NCBI RefSeq assembly: GCF_006345805.1
Contig: NC_042997.1
Span: 102,486,001 to 102,550,000, forward strand
Direction: 5' to 3'
DNA from: Octopus sinensis
Lineage: Eukaryota
DNA: 64,000 nucleotides
Position numbers and translations under genes: made by a program. Within the stretch, counting starts at the first letter, position 1. The number at the start of each line of letters is the position of its first letter. Below, piece by piece: positions 36,954 through 49,245 of this stretch. Under the pieces are notes generated by a model. It did not search any database and was not told where the DNA came from. It saw only the letters and a program-made list of their open reading frames with translations.

Positions 36954-37063
36954 GAAGAAATTGAACATTTATCAAAGAGATGCAAAGAATTAGTTGGTGA
37001 GAGCGATTTATTACATGAGAAGCTAGATAAATTGACATCTGGAAGCAGCAAAGTTTTTGAAAG
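36954..37063 (+). CDS. CEP89: CEP89 coding exon (EEIEHLSKRCKELVGESDLLHEKLDK...)
   Basis: GTCTTTTAG acceptor, weak AG|GTTTCT donor. Phase 0 to 2. Parallels [24 protein letters not shown]. Confidence 0.72.
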
Positions 37064-37714
37064 GTTTCTTTAATCATTTAGTCATCCAAAACTAAAACTG
37101 AAAATTTAATTTGATGTGAAAAGAGATGTTATTTTCTTTAAAGAATTATATGGGTTCGGATGCTGAAAAGTTCCTGGCTTTAAGGGTCTTGCAAAAGGTG
37201 TGGTTGGAGGCCCAACCTTCTGATTTCTCTTACAAGGCTTAGAAAAACTGAAGGATTGCTGCAATAAGTGTGTGAATCTGAGAGGAGAATATGTTGAGTA
37301 AATTCATAATTAACTGATCCTCCTGTATTTTCTTTTGCCCAAAGCCAGGAACTTTTCAGCACCCCCTCATATAATATTTTTTTAAAGATCACTTTGTAAT
37401 TATACAATTAATGTGTTACTTCATTCATTGTTATTATAGTATAACTAATGTATAGGGGAGTTTAAAAAATCTTAAACTAGTTTACAGCAAAATATTTTTC
37501 ACTTTAAATGGTAAACAGCTGGAAATATATTGTCGAGGATTATGTACTAGGGGGCTACTAAGCATTGAAATATTAAAGACACATTCATTCATTTGTTCAT
37601 TCATTCATTCATTTTGTTCTTAGTAGTTTAATAAAATGCATAATTTTTTGAATTGGTTCTCTCTGAAGATTTCAAGATGTTAACATTTTATAACTATGTA
37701 AAATATCTTTACAG

Positions 37715-37830
37715 ATCATTAGCTGAACAGCAGCTTGATTTGATCAAAGAAGAAAATCACATTTTACTCGAACAATTAAAGAATGAAAGACTGAATACGA
37801 ACAATACTTCCACCAAATTTTCTCATGAAT
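37715..37830 (+). CDS. CEP89: CEP89 coding exon (RSLAEQQLDLIKEENHILLEQL...)
   Basis: TCTTTACAG acceptor, AAT|GTAATT donor. Phase 2 to 1. Matches LVLEENKLLLEQL. Confidence 0.85.
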
Positions 37831-39159
37831 GTAATTATGATTCACTTTTACATGTTCAAATTTGTTCACATTAGTGGTTTTTTATAATAAATATTGAGGG
37901 AGCGAGGCATTTGCTGTTAGTCTGCAAAATATATATTTATTTGTATCAATATAAGATAGAGGAAAGGCATTGAGCTGACAGAGTTGTTAGCCTTCCAGAC
38001 AAAATGCCCAGTGGCATTTTGTTCATCTTTACATTCTTTCTTCAAATTCTGCCAAGATTGACTTTGCCTTTCATCCCTTTTGGGGTTAATAAATAATGAC
38101 CAGTTGAACATTGGGGTTGATGTAACTGACTTAACCCCACCCTTGAACTTGCTCACCTTGTGCCAAAATCTGAGATGAATATTAAGTGAGAGAGAGATAA
38201 AAGTTTAAACATTAAAAATGCATGCTCTTATTCTTTTCTTTGTTTCAGTCACTGGATTGCAACCATGTAGGGGCACCACCTTAAAGGGTTTAACTGATCA
38301 GACTGATCCCACTATTTACTTTTCTTATGTCTAGTATTTATTCTATTGGTCTCTTTTGCCAAACTGCTAAGTTTTGGAGATGTGAACAAGCCAACACCAG
38401 TTGTCAAGTAGTGGGCAGGGGACAAACACAAAGAACACACACACACACACACTCACTCACACAAATATACAATAGACTTCCATCATGTTTTGGTCTACTA
38501 AATTCACATTGATAGAGAAGTTAATCTTAATGACGAAAAATACCCGAGCCTGAGAGCTGCATAGCAGATGTGAAGTTTGGTGTATTGGTCTTCATTCAAT
38601 GAATCATCTTCTTTTGGTGAATCTACATGACACAGTCTGCTTGGAAGAGCCTCTTCAGTCAACAGTCAATTTAGGATCAACTAATCCAGTCAGTGAATTA
38701 CTGCTAGGTGATAGAACTGGCGATTCATCAACTCACTTAAGCTACTTGAAAACACTATGGAGTCCTGGAACCTCATAGTGTTACCAATTGAAATTAGATG
38801 ACTAGTAGTCGTAAATTCACACACAAGACATTAGTTGCCCCAGGGTTATAACAGAAGATATTCTCCAAGGTTCTGTGCATTGGAACTGAACGTGAAACCA
38901 TATGGCTGTAAAGCAAGCTTCTGAACACCACAGCCATGCCTGTGCCTATAAAGCATGTCAAATAATTATATGGTAAATGGAAAATAAAACAAAAATGTAA
39001 AGAATTTTTTTAATGAAATACAGTAGGTATTTAAATTTTTAGAATTACTATCAATTTACTATAAATAGTAAATTTATGAATAAATCTTGTAGTTACTAAG
39101 TCAGTGACACAAGTCTCAGTTCCTGACTTGAATCATCTTGATATGTTAAGTACTGATTG

Positions 39160-39207
<48 letters not shown>

Positions 39208-39849
39208 GCACACACACTTACACACACACACACACACACACACGTATGTGAATAATCATTCATGTTATGTCATCTATGTGATTCAGTGATAGTATATACT
39301 GTCATTATATTTATGATTAAAGTGTATATCAAGAGGAGACTTATAATTAAATAATTTTATATGTTCAAATTACTGTATAATGTGTCTATCAGCAACATAT
39401 TTTTCATACTTCAGAGTTGTCCTTGTTTAGAAAGTGACTTGATATGAGACAAAGTGTTGAAATTGAATAATCTACATCACAGAAGAGCCTTTTTAATTAT
39501 CTAAAAACATACAAAAATTATTAGATTAACTTTTCTTTTTTTTCTTGAGGTGTCAAAATTTTCATTGCTTAGTTGTGACTTAATCACTGACATAGATCTC
39601 CTGTGAACAATTTTTACTCATAGTTCAGTTTGTCATGTAAATACAGAATAAATACAGCTATTAAGAGAGTTAAGAAGGGATAGGATGAAGGTTGTTGTCA
39701 AAGCTGTGACATAAAAAAATAAAACTTGAGAACGAATAACTGTTTCTCTTTGTTTTGCTATTCAAATTGCTTCACTATTATACCTTATTTATTGTGATGA
39801 TGTTCTAAGATGTTTTAATTTTCTTCCTAAATTCTTAATAAAAATGTAG

Positions 39850-40030
39850 TACATGAGTTGAATGAACAGCTAAAACTGAAAAATGAGTTTGTAACCAAGT
39901 TAGAGCTGGGACTCAAAGAAGAAAAGGCCAAAACATGTGACTTGAAATATAATTTAGATCAAATGAAATCGAAAGATAATACCAAGATTCAATTTGTGGA
40001 ACACCAGCATAGTTTAGAAAAATTACAAAA
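39850..40030 (+). CDS. CEP89: CEP89 coding exon (LHELNEQL...KIQFVEHQHSLEKLQ)
   Basis: AATGTAG acceptor, AA|GTAAGT donor. 181-nt open frame, phase 1 to 2. Confidence 0.8.
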
Positions 40031-40169
40031 GTAAGTAAAAAGCCATAAAAATTATTGCTACTTCTTTTATAAAAAAGTAAAATGAGAGGAAATATAAATG
40101 GCTTAATCCTAAAACTGGAGAAATTTTAGTAGTTTTCTGAAGAAACTTGTAAAAGCAGGGTGGGGAGTG

Positions 40170-40400
40170 GAGCTGCATGGCTTAGGGGTTAGGATGTTAG
40201 ACCCATGATCATAAAATTATGGATTTGGTTCCTGGACTGGGCAACGCATTGTGTTCTAGAGCAAAGCACTTCACTTCATGTTGCTCCAGTCCACTCGGCT
40301 GGCAAAAAGGAGTAATCCTGTGATGGACTGGTATCCTGTCCAGCTGTGGAATTTATATGCTTTGGGAACTGGGACCAGCCTTAATGAATTGGCATGACTT
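40170..40400 (+). mobile_element. Family-C (Meta/MESC-like) SINE
   Basis: GGCTTAGGGGTTAGG head, GCAAAGCACTTCACTTCATGTTGCTCCAGTCCACTCGGCTGG core, CCTGTGATGGACTGGTATCC extension. Confidence 0.65.
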
Positions 40401-40659
40401 GAAAATGTAACTTTACTTTACCTCTTCAACCACCACCTTTACTGCAATTCCTGGCCAACCTTTACTAATTCTAACATTCACCCAATTTCTCTTATAACTT
40501 GATTACCTTGATACCTTTTACTTGTGGTGAGCTTTGTTGTAATACTCTCTTCTAGTAGTACTTGATGTATACACTATCATATATTGAATTATGATGCTAT
40601 TCTACATTTCCCCTCATAATTATAATTTTTTTTCTTTCTTCATGAACCTTAGGACTCAT

Positions 40660-40915
40660 AAGGTCAATGTTAAACCTGGTGTCCATGGAATACCAAGTGG
40701 CTGAGATTACAGCATTCCCTGCTGAATGGGATGCTGGTCTATCACAGGGTTAATTCCCAGCTATTGCTGGAACTCATTTTACAGCTGAGTGGACTGGAGC
40801 AATGTAACTTAAAGTGTTTTGCTCAAGAACACAACACATCTCCCAATTTGGGAATCAAAACCACTATCTTATGATTATGAATGCAACACCCTAACCACTA
40901 GACCATGCAGCTTCA
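40660..40915 (-). mobile_element. Family-C (Meta/MESC-like) SINE, inverted relative to the 40170 copy
   Basis: Minus-strand head, core and CTGTGATAGACCAGCATCCC extension. Confidence 0.65.
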
Positions 40916-41976
40916 CTGTAATTATTAGCCTACCAAAATTGCTTTTGTTTTCTTCTTCTTTCATTATTTTTCAACACAATATCTATAAGGGTTGTTTACC
41001 TAGTGCACTGATCTAGTCAAAAAGTAGCGTTATATTTGTGGTAAAATATATGTAAGTATAAAAGATAGCTTGAAACACGTTTGTGTCTCTGAAATACCAT
41101 CATCTTTCTGATTAAACTTTTTGTTGGTACAATTAAAACCAAGTTGTTGCCTGATTAGATGGCAAGTAACTCAATTAGAAGAAGGTAATCTCCACAAACT
41201 AAAATATATACTTCTAATCAGCACTCTTTTTCACTGAATCAATTGATTGCCAATTTTCATTATCATCTACAATCTTGAAAGAACAACTAATCAAAATGAA
41301 TTAATATGAGAAAGTCTGTGCTGCCACTTAACTTGCAAGAACTAGTAACAAAATTCCCTTAAAACCATACCATTTTGTATTAAAACAGAAAAGAGACATT
41401 TGATAATGAAGTCCTAGTTAGATAAAAGGGTAAAAATGGTTAAGTCTGGAACAGATAGTTGACCATACATTTACTCACGTCTGACTTGGGACTTAGCAAG
41501 AATTGATATTATTCCATTGTTAAGTTCTATTAAGTTTTTGAAATTGAAAGATGCTGTTCACCAAAATGGTTTGAACATCATTCTCACAAAACATTCTTCT
41601 GGGAAACATAGAAAATTAAGTTTCCTACTGTGTCTGCAGAATGGGTAACTGAGAATGATTATCTAGCTACAACCTTTATACAAAAGAAGGTTAATTCTGA
41701 GCATGTTCAATCACATGATAGTATTGATGATAGTGTTGTCAAAAACCCAAACTCCTTCTATTGGTAAAATTTTTCATTTCATTATGTACTTAATTTCTTC
41801 ATGCCTTTATTACATGTGAGAGATTAAATATCTATGAAATAATGTCTATTTGGAAGTGTATAGTTAGAAGAAAATGGTTTCTAAAATTCCATTAAATCAT
41901 TACACTTTACCATATAGTACTAATTTAATTGAGTAATAATTGAAGACATGTTATTTTCATTTTTTCACTTTATTAG

Positions 41977-42040
41977 AGATATCGATGGATCTATTGAAAA
42001 GCATATAAAAGAAAAAGCAGAATTAACTGCTAAATTGGAG
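41977..42040 (+). CDS. CEP89: CEP89 coding exon (DIDGSIEKHIKEKAELTAKLE)
   Basis: TTTTCACTTTATTAG acceptor, GAG|GTGAGT donor. Phase 2 to 0. Confidence 0.8.
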
Positions 42041-43482
42041 GTGAGTATTGAGCTTGGTACCTTATTGTAATGTATCTCAAGATAGATTAAAAAAGATAAT
42101 TAATAAATATTTCTTAACAAATTTGAATTTCTGGATTACACCATTGGCTAAAAGACACAAGCATTTTCACATACACACACATATACACACAACAGAGTTT
42201 TAGTTTCCACTTACCAAATTCACTGACAAGGCTTTAGTTAGCTCAAGGCTGTAGTAGGATACACTTGCTGAAAATACTATGTAGTGGGATTGAACCTAAA
42301 ACCCCATGGGCTGAAGACAAAATTTTTAACCACATAGCCATGCTTCCATCTAAGTTAAATGGCAAATTGCTTAAGGTGACAAAAGTTTTGCTCAAAGGTT
42401 TCAAATAATGTGCAGAAAATTAAATATGTGAAGAGAGATATGGAATGACACTACATTCTTCATGTTTTACTACCAATATAAAAGCCTACACAAATGACTA
42501 AGTTAAAGAATTGCTTTTACAATAGTTCATGCAATGGCAGGAGTTCTTACTAAAAAGTAATGGTATAGCAGCTAAAAATCAGACAGATCATTAAAAAGTT
42601 TTAATCAATGTAAATTATTGAAATCAGGAATGACAGAACTTGTGTTGGTATGTGAAAAGATATGCACCATTACATTATGTAACAAAATTAAAATTTTTTT
42701 TGTGTCTTGGGCAGTATTATTTCCTATTTGCTTCTGTCTAGAAATCAAAGGAAATTACTATTCTCTTCAAGCTTTGCTTCTGTGACCTGCACATCAATGT
42801 TTTGAAACTGACCTATTTTCCATTACATTTCAGACAAGAAATATTCTGCTCAATACTACAAATTTGCTTATCGGTCACTTGACCTTAACCACTTGAGCAT
42901 GTCCCTTAGTGGCTGACAATATGTGCATCTCTGATGATGATCAGGAGTAGTGGGGGAACATTATTAGCCATGTGTTGAGAAGGATTCTTTGGGGTTTGAG
43001 TAAATGTAACAAAAGCAAAGCTTGAAGAAAATTTTAGCCATTTTCCACACTTTCTAGGGATAAGCAAACAGAAAATAACAGTTGTTACCCAAGGACAAAA
43101 ATCATGTTACACTGTTACTTGTTGAAGTTTCACTTATTGAAAGCAGCATGAAGATTCAGAAAAGAAAGTTACTGTACATATTAACACAAACTGAAAGTCA
43201 AATCAGTATTGTACTGTGGTTTCTGTACAAATATCCCTGCCAATACTGGACTGACTTCGTATGTCTCTGAAATTGACTTATAATGGTAGCAAAGGAATTA
43301 AGAATGTTTGATTCAATTCACTGTAGTATTCATTAAATATACTTAAATATATTTAACAAATGCTGAAGTATTCCTTAAATATATTTAAAGTAATTCATCT
43401 TAAATATTGCATTTTAACTGCTTTCATTTTTTGCTCTTTTTTTTTTACTTTTACATATATATTTATTGTTTTTGTTCTATAG

Positions 43483-43586
43483 GAAGCACATCAGAAAATA
43501 GATAGGTTTCAAGAATTACAAGTTCATTGTAAAGATAAAATTGAGCGCATGCACAGTAAAATAAAAGATCTGAAAGCTTCAAACAG
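43483..43586 (+). CDS. CEP89: CEP89 coding exon (EAHQKIDRF...DLKASNR)
   Basis: TTTTGTTCTATAG acceptor, CAG|GTAAGA donor. Phase 0 to 2. Confidence 0.8.
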
Positions 43587-43720
43587 GTAAGAAGTTTAGA
43601 GCCTGATTTCATTTTTAATTGTGTTAATCCAATCTCCAAATACTCTGTACTAGAAGTGGAGAGCTTTTTTATGTTGAAAGTCCAGCATTGAAAGTAACTA
43701 TCCTGACAAGGCTGCATTTA

Positions 43721-43761
<41 letters not shown>

Positions 43762-44356
43762 TATTAAACCTTTTATTTTATAAAATATAGTTATTCATAA
43801 AACTCTGAACAAAATCTAAAAAATGAAAACAGCAGTTTTGGAATAAGCATTTTTAATGTAACATTTTATTTATTTTTCTTTTCCAAAGCAGTTCTGGATT
43901 TCTATATTTTAAACAGAGTTGTAGCTACTTTAAGCAAGCAATTGCAAGTATAAATAAAGAAATATAAATAGGTATTTCTAACATTCAAATTTTATTGAGA
44001 AAAGCTTTAAATAAAATTATATAACAAGAAAAATTTTCCCTCTCAAATATTATTTCTTTTAAATACCGTATTTAGCCCTTCAAAGGGCAGCACACAATCA
44101 TAAGGCTGCAGTTTTCCCATCTCTTCTGGAGATTAATATCCTTTCTTCAATTTTTTTTCTGTCATTTTCTTACTTTTTAAATTTTTTCATTGCCTTTTAA
44201 TTTTTTTTTTTTTTGCATTCGTTTTCCTTGCTTTTCATTCTTAAACTATCTTTATTTTGAAACACAAGCTGAAATTTTTGAGTCAAATTAAAATGAATGT
44301 TCCTTGTATTGATGTTTTTAAAATCTTTTTAACAAATATCAAATATGTTTTATTAG

Positions 44357-44444
44357 GAAATATGCTGCTCAAAATCAGAAACTTTTACACATTGTACAAA
44401 TTTCTCATAACCGAGAACAACTGTCTCAAGACCAACTGAAGAAA
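44357..44444 (+). CDS. CEP89: CEP89 coding exon (KYAAQNQKLL...QDQLKK); alternative in-frame donor would end it at 44489
   Basis: GTTTTATTAG acceptor. Donors AAA|GTAATT or TCT|GTATGT, both phase 0. Confidence 0.7.
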
Positions 44445-44553
44445 GTAATTACCACACTATTTAAGTTTTCTCCATTTCAATATCTGTCTGTATGTCTGTC
44501 TGTCATATTCATTGTATCTGGAATATATGTTATAACAGTAAAAGTCAACTTAA

Positions 44554-44772
44554 CCCTTTAGTATTTAAACTGGCCATATCCGGCCAAAATAGTTAATCTG
44601 TTTTATGTTCAAACTGACCAGATCCAGGCTCTCACACCTACCCTACAATGTTATTCTACATTAAGTAATTACACCATCAAGATCTTGAAGATATGAGATA
44701 ATGCATGATTAATTCAAATCAATGGGAATCAATTAGCAATATGTTTGATAGAATAATCTGAACACTAAAGGG
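44554..44772 (+). mobile_element. 219-bp piggyBac-like MITE, TTAA on both sides
   Basis: TTAA at 44550-44553 and 44773-44776. Six differences from the reverse complement of 19450-19668 (manual count). Confidence 0.85.
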
Positions 44773-45177
44773 TTAAAAAACAAAACAATATAGTATCACA
44801 AAAATTAATCCATTGATGCTTTTCACTTTTTATATCTCAAAGCATAGAGACATTTGTGATTGGCTATTATATTTTTTACTTTACGTGAAATTCCTTTGCT
44901 AGATTATCTTCACATTCTACAATATGTGCTTTCAAAAAGCTTTATGGTAGGCAAGACAACACGGCAATAAGTACTGTATCTGTTGGGATAAAGAAGCAAT
45001 TTTGCCTCCAAATATGTCTCCAAAAATTCACCCTGGATCCTATATGTGAAGTTAGGCCTATTTTACATGCTTTATTGTGCTAAAAACTTTTCTCCCTGAA
45101 TTTGGGGTGCAAGAAATTGCAAAGTCTTCATTTGTTGTCTACATGACAGGAAAGCTCCTCACACACATGCATCATAT

Positions 45178-45214
<37 letters not shown>

Positions 45215-46038
45215 TAATTTAACATCTGCTCTCCATACTGGTATGAGTATATGTATATGTGTTTAAAGAGGAATATAGTCTATTGGTGTGAGGTAATACC
45301 AGGGGATATAAGTATTATTACAGTAGTTCATCTGCTACAATTTGGAAATCTAGATTTTATAATCATTCTCATTCATTCAAGTGTAGAAGAAAAAGTAATT
45401 CTACAAATCCTAGTGAATGCATTTGGAATTTAAAAGATAGTAACATTAAGTATGATTTAAAGTGGTCCATTATTAGTTATTCACCATCATACAATATTGA
45501 TAATTCTAAATGTGATCTTTGCCTTGAAGAAATGTATTATATAATTACTTCTTAATTAATTTTATTGAATTTTAATGGGAACTTTATAAGATATTTCGAT
45601 AAATTTGGAAAGACATTCAAATATTTCAGTTCTTAATTACAGTAGCTATTCTGTTTTGTTTTCTTTGTTCTTCTTTCTCCATTTTTATTTTTGAATATTG
45701 GATAAAATGGATATGTATACACCAACATTATATGTATGTTACACATGATTGATTTTAATGGATTTTATCTGGCCTTTAGTTCAGTTGACAGTGCCACATG
45801 CTGTTTGCTGGACTCCTGATTAATACCAAATAGATAAACATTGTGTTTCAACTCATCAGGGAAATTGTGTTATTTCTGTTGTTTTTACATGATCATGGAG
45901 ATAGTTGTAGGTTTATTGAAGCAAATTTTACAGACAAAAAAAAAAAACATTAATGGATTTGTCCAAAAGTATTTCACTCCAATAATTATGATTTTTCACT
46001 TGTTTTCATAAACTTGACAGCCTAGTTTATTCAAGAAG

Positions 46039-46471
46039 GGATCTTTTCGGTTTGAACGGCAGTTTTTAACATAATTTCTAGGTAACTAAAAAATTTTAAA
46101 CTTTGTATACTGGTAGAATGTGTTTATAAAACATCTTTTTCTCTTGGCTTTATTGAGAAAATTCTATAGTTTGTAAGATATTTGTTGTTTTTTTTCTTCA
46201 ATTTCTGCAATTTCAACCAATCAATGACGTCTATTGAGTTAAAAAACATTTTGTGCTGTATGAATATGTCCCTCGTTTAAGAAACAGATTGGGTTTATTT
46301 ACATTTGTGAAGAAAAAAAGATACCCTTCCCCCAACCCATAAGCCTGACCCTAACTAACCCTAACCCTAAAACAGATTGAAATGCAATAGATCGATACTA
46401 GGGTCATAATTATGGGTGACAATTTCATATGACACTGCTAGAAAAAACTGCCATTCAAACTGAAATGATCC
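46039..46471. mobile_element. Non-autonomous TIR DNA transposon (~430 bp)
   Basis: GGATCTTTTCGGTTTGAACGGCAGTTTTT ... AAAAACTGCCATTCAAACTGAAATGATCC. Confidence 0.75.
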
Positions 46472-46701
46472 TCGAAAAGTTCCAACAATTCCTCTGCATT
46501 TGAAAGTAAAATAATATACAAGGATACAATATCTAAAGATAATTCACATGTGTAGTAGATCACACTTTTGCTCTTAGTTATTGTATATGTCCAAAAATTG
46601 TGTGTGTGTGTGTGTGTTAATGTTGTAATTTTAATTACCTAAATTCTTTTTATGAGTTTGGATTATTAATAGCTACTGTTGAAATATATTAACACTTTCA
46701 G

Positions 46702-46791
46702 TTGAAAGCCAATGAAGATATTGTTTTAAAACTGATTGATAAAACCAGTCTGAGAGAAGAGAAACAGAAAAATCTGAAGGCCACCATGAAG
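46702..46791 (+). CDS. CEP89: CEP89 coding exon (LKANEDIVLKLIDK...KATMK)
   Basis: CACTTTCAG acceptor, AAG|GTTTGT donor. 30 codons, phase 0 to 0. Confidence 0.75.
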
Positions 46792-46814
46792 GTTTGTTAT
46801 TAATATCCAAGGGT

Positions 46815-47030
46815 GCTTCATCATCATCATCATCATTATCATCATTATCATTGCCATCGTCACTGTCATCATTGTCACCACTACAACCACCATCATCATC
46901 GTCATTGTTGTCATCATCAATATCATCGTTGTCACACTACCATTATCATCACTGCTATCATCATCATCATCTTCCCCTCCCTCTTCCTCCTCCTCATGAT
47001 CATGATCATGATCACCATCATCATTTAATG
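46815..47030. repeat. Degenerate (CAT)n microsatellite
   Basis: Seen directly in the sequence. Confidence 0.9.
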
Positions 47031-48331
47031 TCCATCTTCCATAGTGTTATGGGTTGGGTAGTTTACCAAGATCCAACTGGTCTACTTGGGCATGGTTTCC
47101 ACAGTTGGATGACTCCAATGCCAACCACTTAGTAGAGTGTTTTGGGTGGTTTTTCTGTGGCATTATCACTAATGACCATGAAGCTTGCAAGACTAAGATT
47201 TCCTTTGACTAAGTGGGGCTACGATAGAAAGTGGGTGGCTTTACATTAGGAGATGAGAGAGAGAGGTTATGGTAAGAGAGATGGGGCCAGAACAGGACAG
47301 GTTTCTTGCTGTAGAAGAGCTACATGACTACACACATTTTAAAGAGAAGGTGGAAGTGATCATCAAGTGGAGCCAGGAAATGAGGAAAAATAATGGTGAT
47401 ATGGCTATGATGCTCCCCCACTACCCCTGCTCATCATCAGTGATGCACATATTGTCATGCTCAAGTGGTTAAGGTCAAGCAACTGACAGGTAAATTTGTG
47501 GTGTCGAGCAGAATATTTGCTATAGCAATATTTCTGCGGTGAGCTAGCAGAAACGTTAGCATTCCAGATAAAATGCTTAGCAGTATTTTGTCTGTCTTTA
47601 CATTCTGAGTTCAAATTTTGCCAAGGTTGACTTTACCTTTTATCCTTTTAGGGTCGATGAATTAAGTACTAGTTGTGTACTGGGATCGATCTAATCAACT
47701 GGCCCCCCCTCCTCCCAAATTTCAGGCCTTGTACCTAGAGTAGAAAAGAATATTTCTGCTTCAGCAACACAGTGCCGAATCTGTCGGAAATGTAATGGTA
47801 AATAGGTCAGTTTCAAAACATTGATGTGCAGGTCACAAAAGCAAAGTTGAAGAGAATAGTAATTTCCTTTGATTTCTAGATAGAAGTAAATGAAAAATAA
47901 CACTTACTGACCAAGGACACAAAAAAAAATAATTTTAATTTGTTACACGATGTATTGTGTTTTACAGTATATTTACTGTATACTGTATATTTATGGCAGC
48001 AAAAGGGTATAATATTAGTATTTACATCTAAATAAATTTAGATGTTAGAAAGCATAGTTCTAAGAGAAATATAACAATACAACACATTCCTTCTTTGCTT
48101 TTAGTATTTATTTCATTGATCTCTTTAAAACAAAAGTCAAATTGTACTCTGATAGGATTTAAATTTAGAACATTTAGAACATGGAGGTACCTGGCTAGAT
48201 ACCTCTCTCAGTTATTTATAATCTGTCTCTTTCAGCTTTGTATAAGTAAGTTTAGGGAAAAAAAAACTTACAATCCAATATTGGTTTGTTTTCTCCAGTC
48301 ACAAACTGAAATCTTTATTCATGTCTTTCAG

Positions 48332-48357
48332 GTTTACAAGAAAAAACTTTCTGAAGA
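48332..48357 (+). CDS. CEP89: CEP89 26-nt coding microexon (VYKKKLSEE)
   Basis: CATGTCTTTCAG acceptor, GA|GTAAGT donor. Phase 0 to 2. Parallels GYKKQAA. Confidence 0.7.
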
Positions 48358-48597
48358 GTAAGTATGTATTGGAATTTATTGTATTCTTATTAGAGTTAGA
48401 TGTGTGATTATTGTGGGAGGTGGCTTTATACCGTATGATGAGAGATTAAAGTAAGACAGAGGGACAAAAACTGGTGTTTTGCTGTAGAGGAGATAATACA
48501 TGGCTACTCCAGCTGGAAAAGAGAGAAGATAGTGATGAAGCTGTACCTGGGTATACTCTTGAGTTACTGGAAGGTGAATATAAGAGAAGTGGTACAG

Positions 48598-48825
48598 GGC
48601 GAGCTGGCAGAAATGTTAGCACGCCGGGCGAAATGCTTAGCCGTATTTCGTCTGTTGCTATGTTCTGAGTTCAAATTCCGCCGAGGTCGACTTTGCCTTT
48701 CATCCTTTCGGGGTCGATTAAATAAGAACCAGTTATGCACTGGGGTCGATATAATCGACTTAATCCGTTTGTCTGTCCTTGTTTGTCCTCTCTGTGTTTA
48801 GCCCCTTGTGGGTAGTAAAGAAATA
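48598..48825 (+). mobile_element. Young family-A SINE
   Basis: Full-length and CpG-rich, close to the other family-A copies. Confidence 0.85.
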
Positions 48826-49122
48826 GGCACAGGGGATTGGACAAAGTGAGGATAGGAAAGTAAGTTTGTGAGAGTTTGAAAGGAGAGTGGTAGATGGATA
48901 GAGATGTGGTTAGAGGGGAATGCAGTGAGTGGGGGGCATGGGAGGAGTGAAGGATGTTAAAAAGATGAGTTTTGTGAGGGATGAATGTTAGGAAGATAAG
49001 TTGTAGGGGAAATGATTTATCAAATGTAAAATAATAGTTCATATATGCATTATTTTTGCAAGAAATTTATTTAAAATTGTTTGAATATGTTTGTTATTAA
49101 ATATTTGATTTCTGTTTTAAAG

Positions 49123-49245
49123 GCGGGAGACAAAACATAAAATTGTAAACAATTTGCAGGAAGAGTTTCAAAAGCAAATTATGAAGTTGTATTCTGACTT
49201 GAGGCATAAAAATAATTTATTACAGATGTCTGAGGCTGATAAACA
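49123..49245 (+). CDS. CEP89: CEP89 coding exon (RETKHKIVNNLQEEFQKQIMKL...EADKQ)
   Basis: TTTCTGTTTTAAAG acceptor, CA|GTAAGT donor. Phase 2 to 2. Confidence 0.8.
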
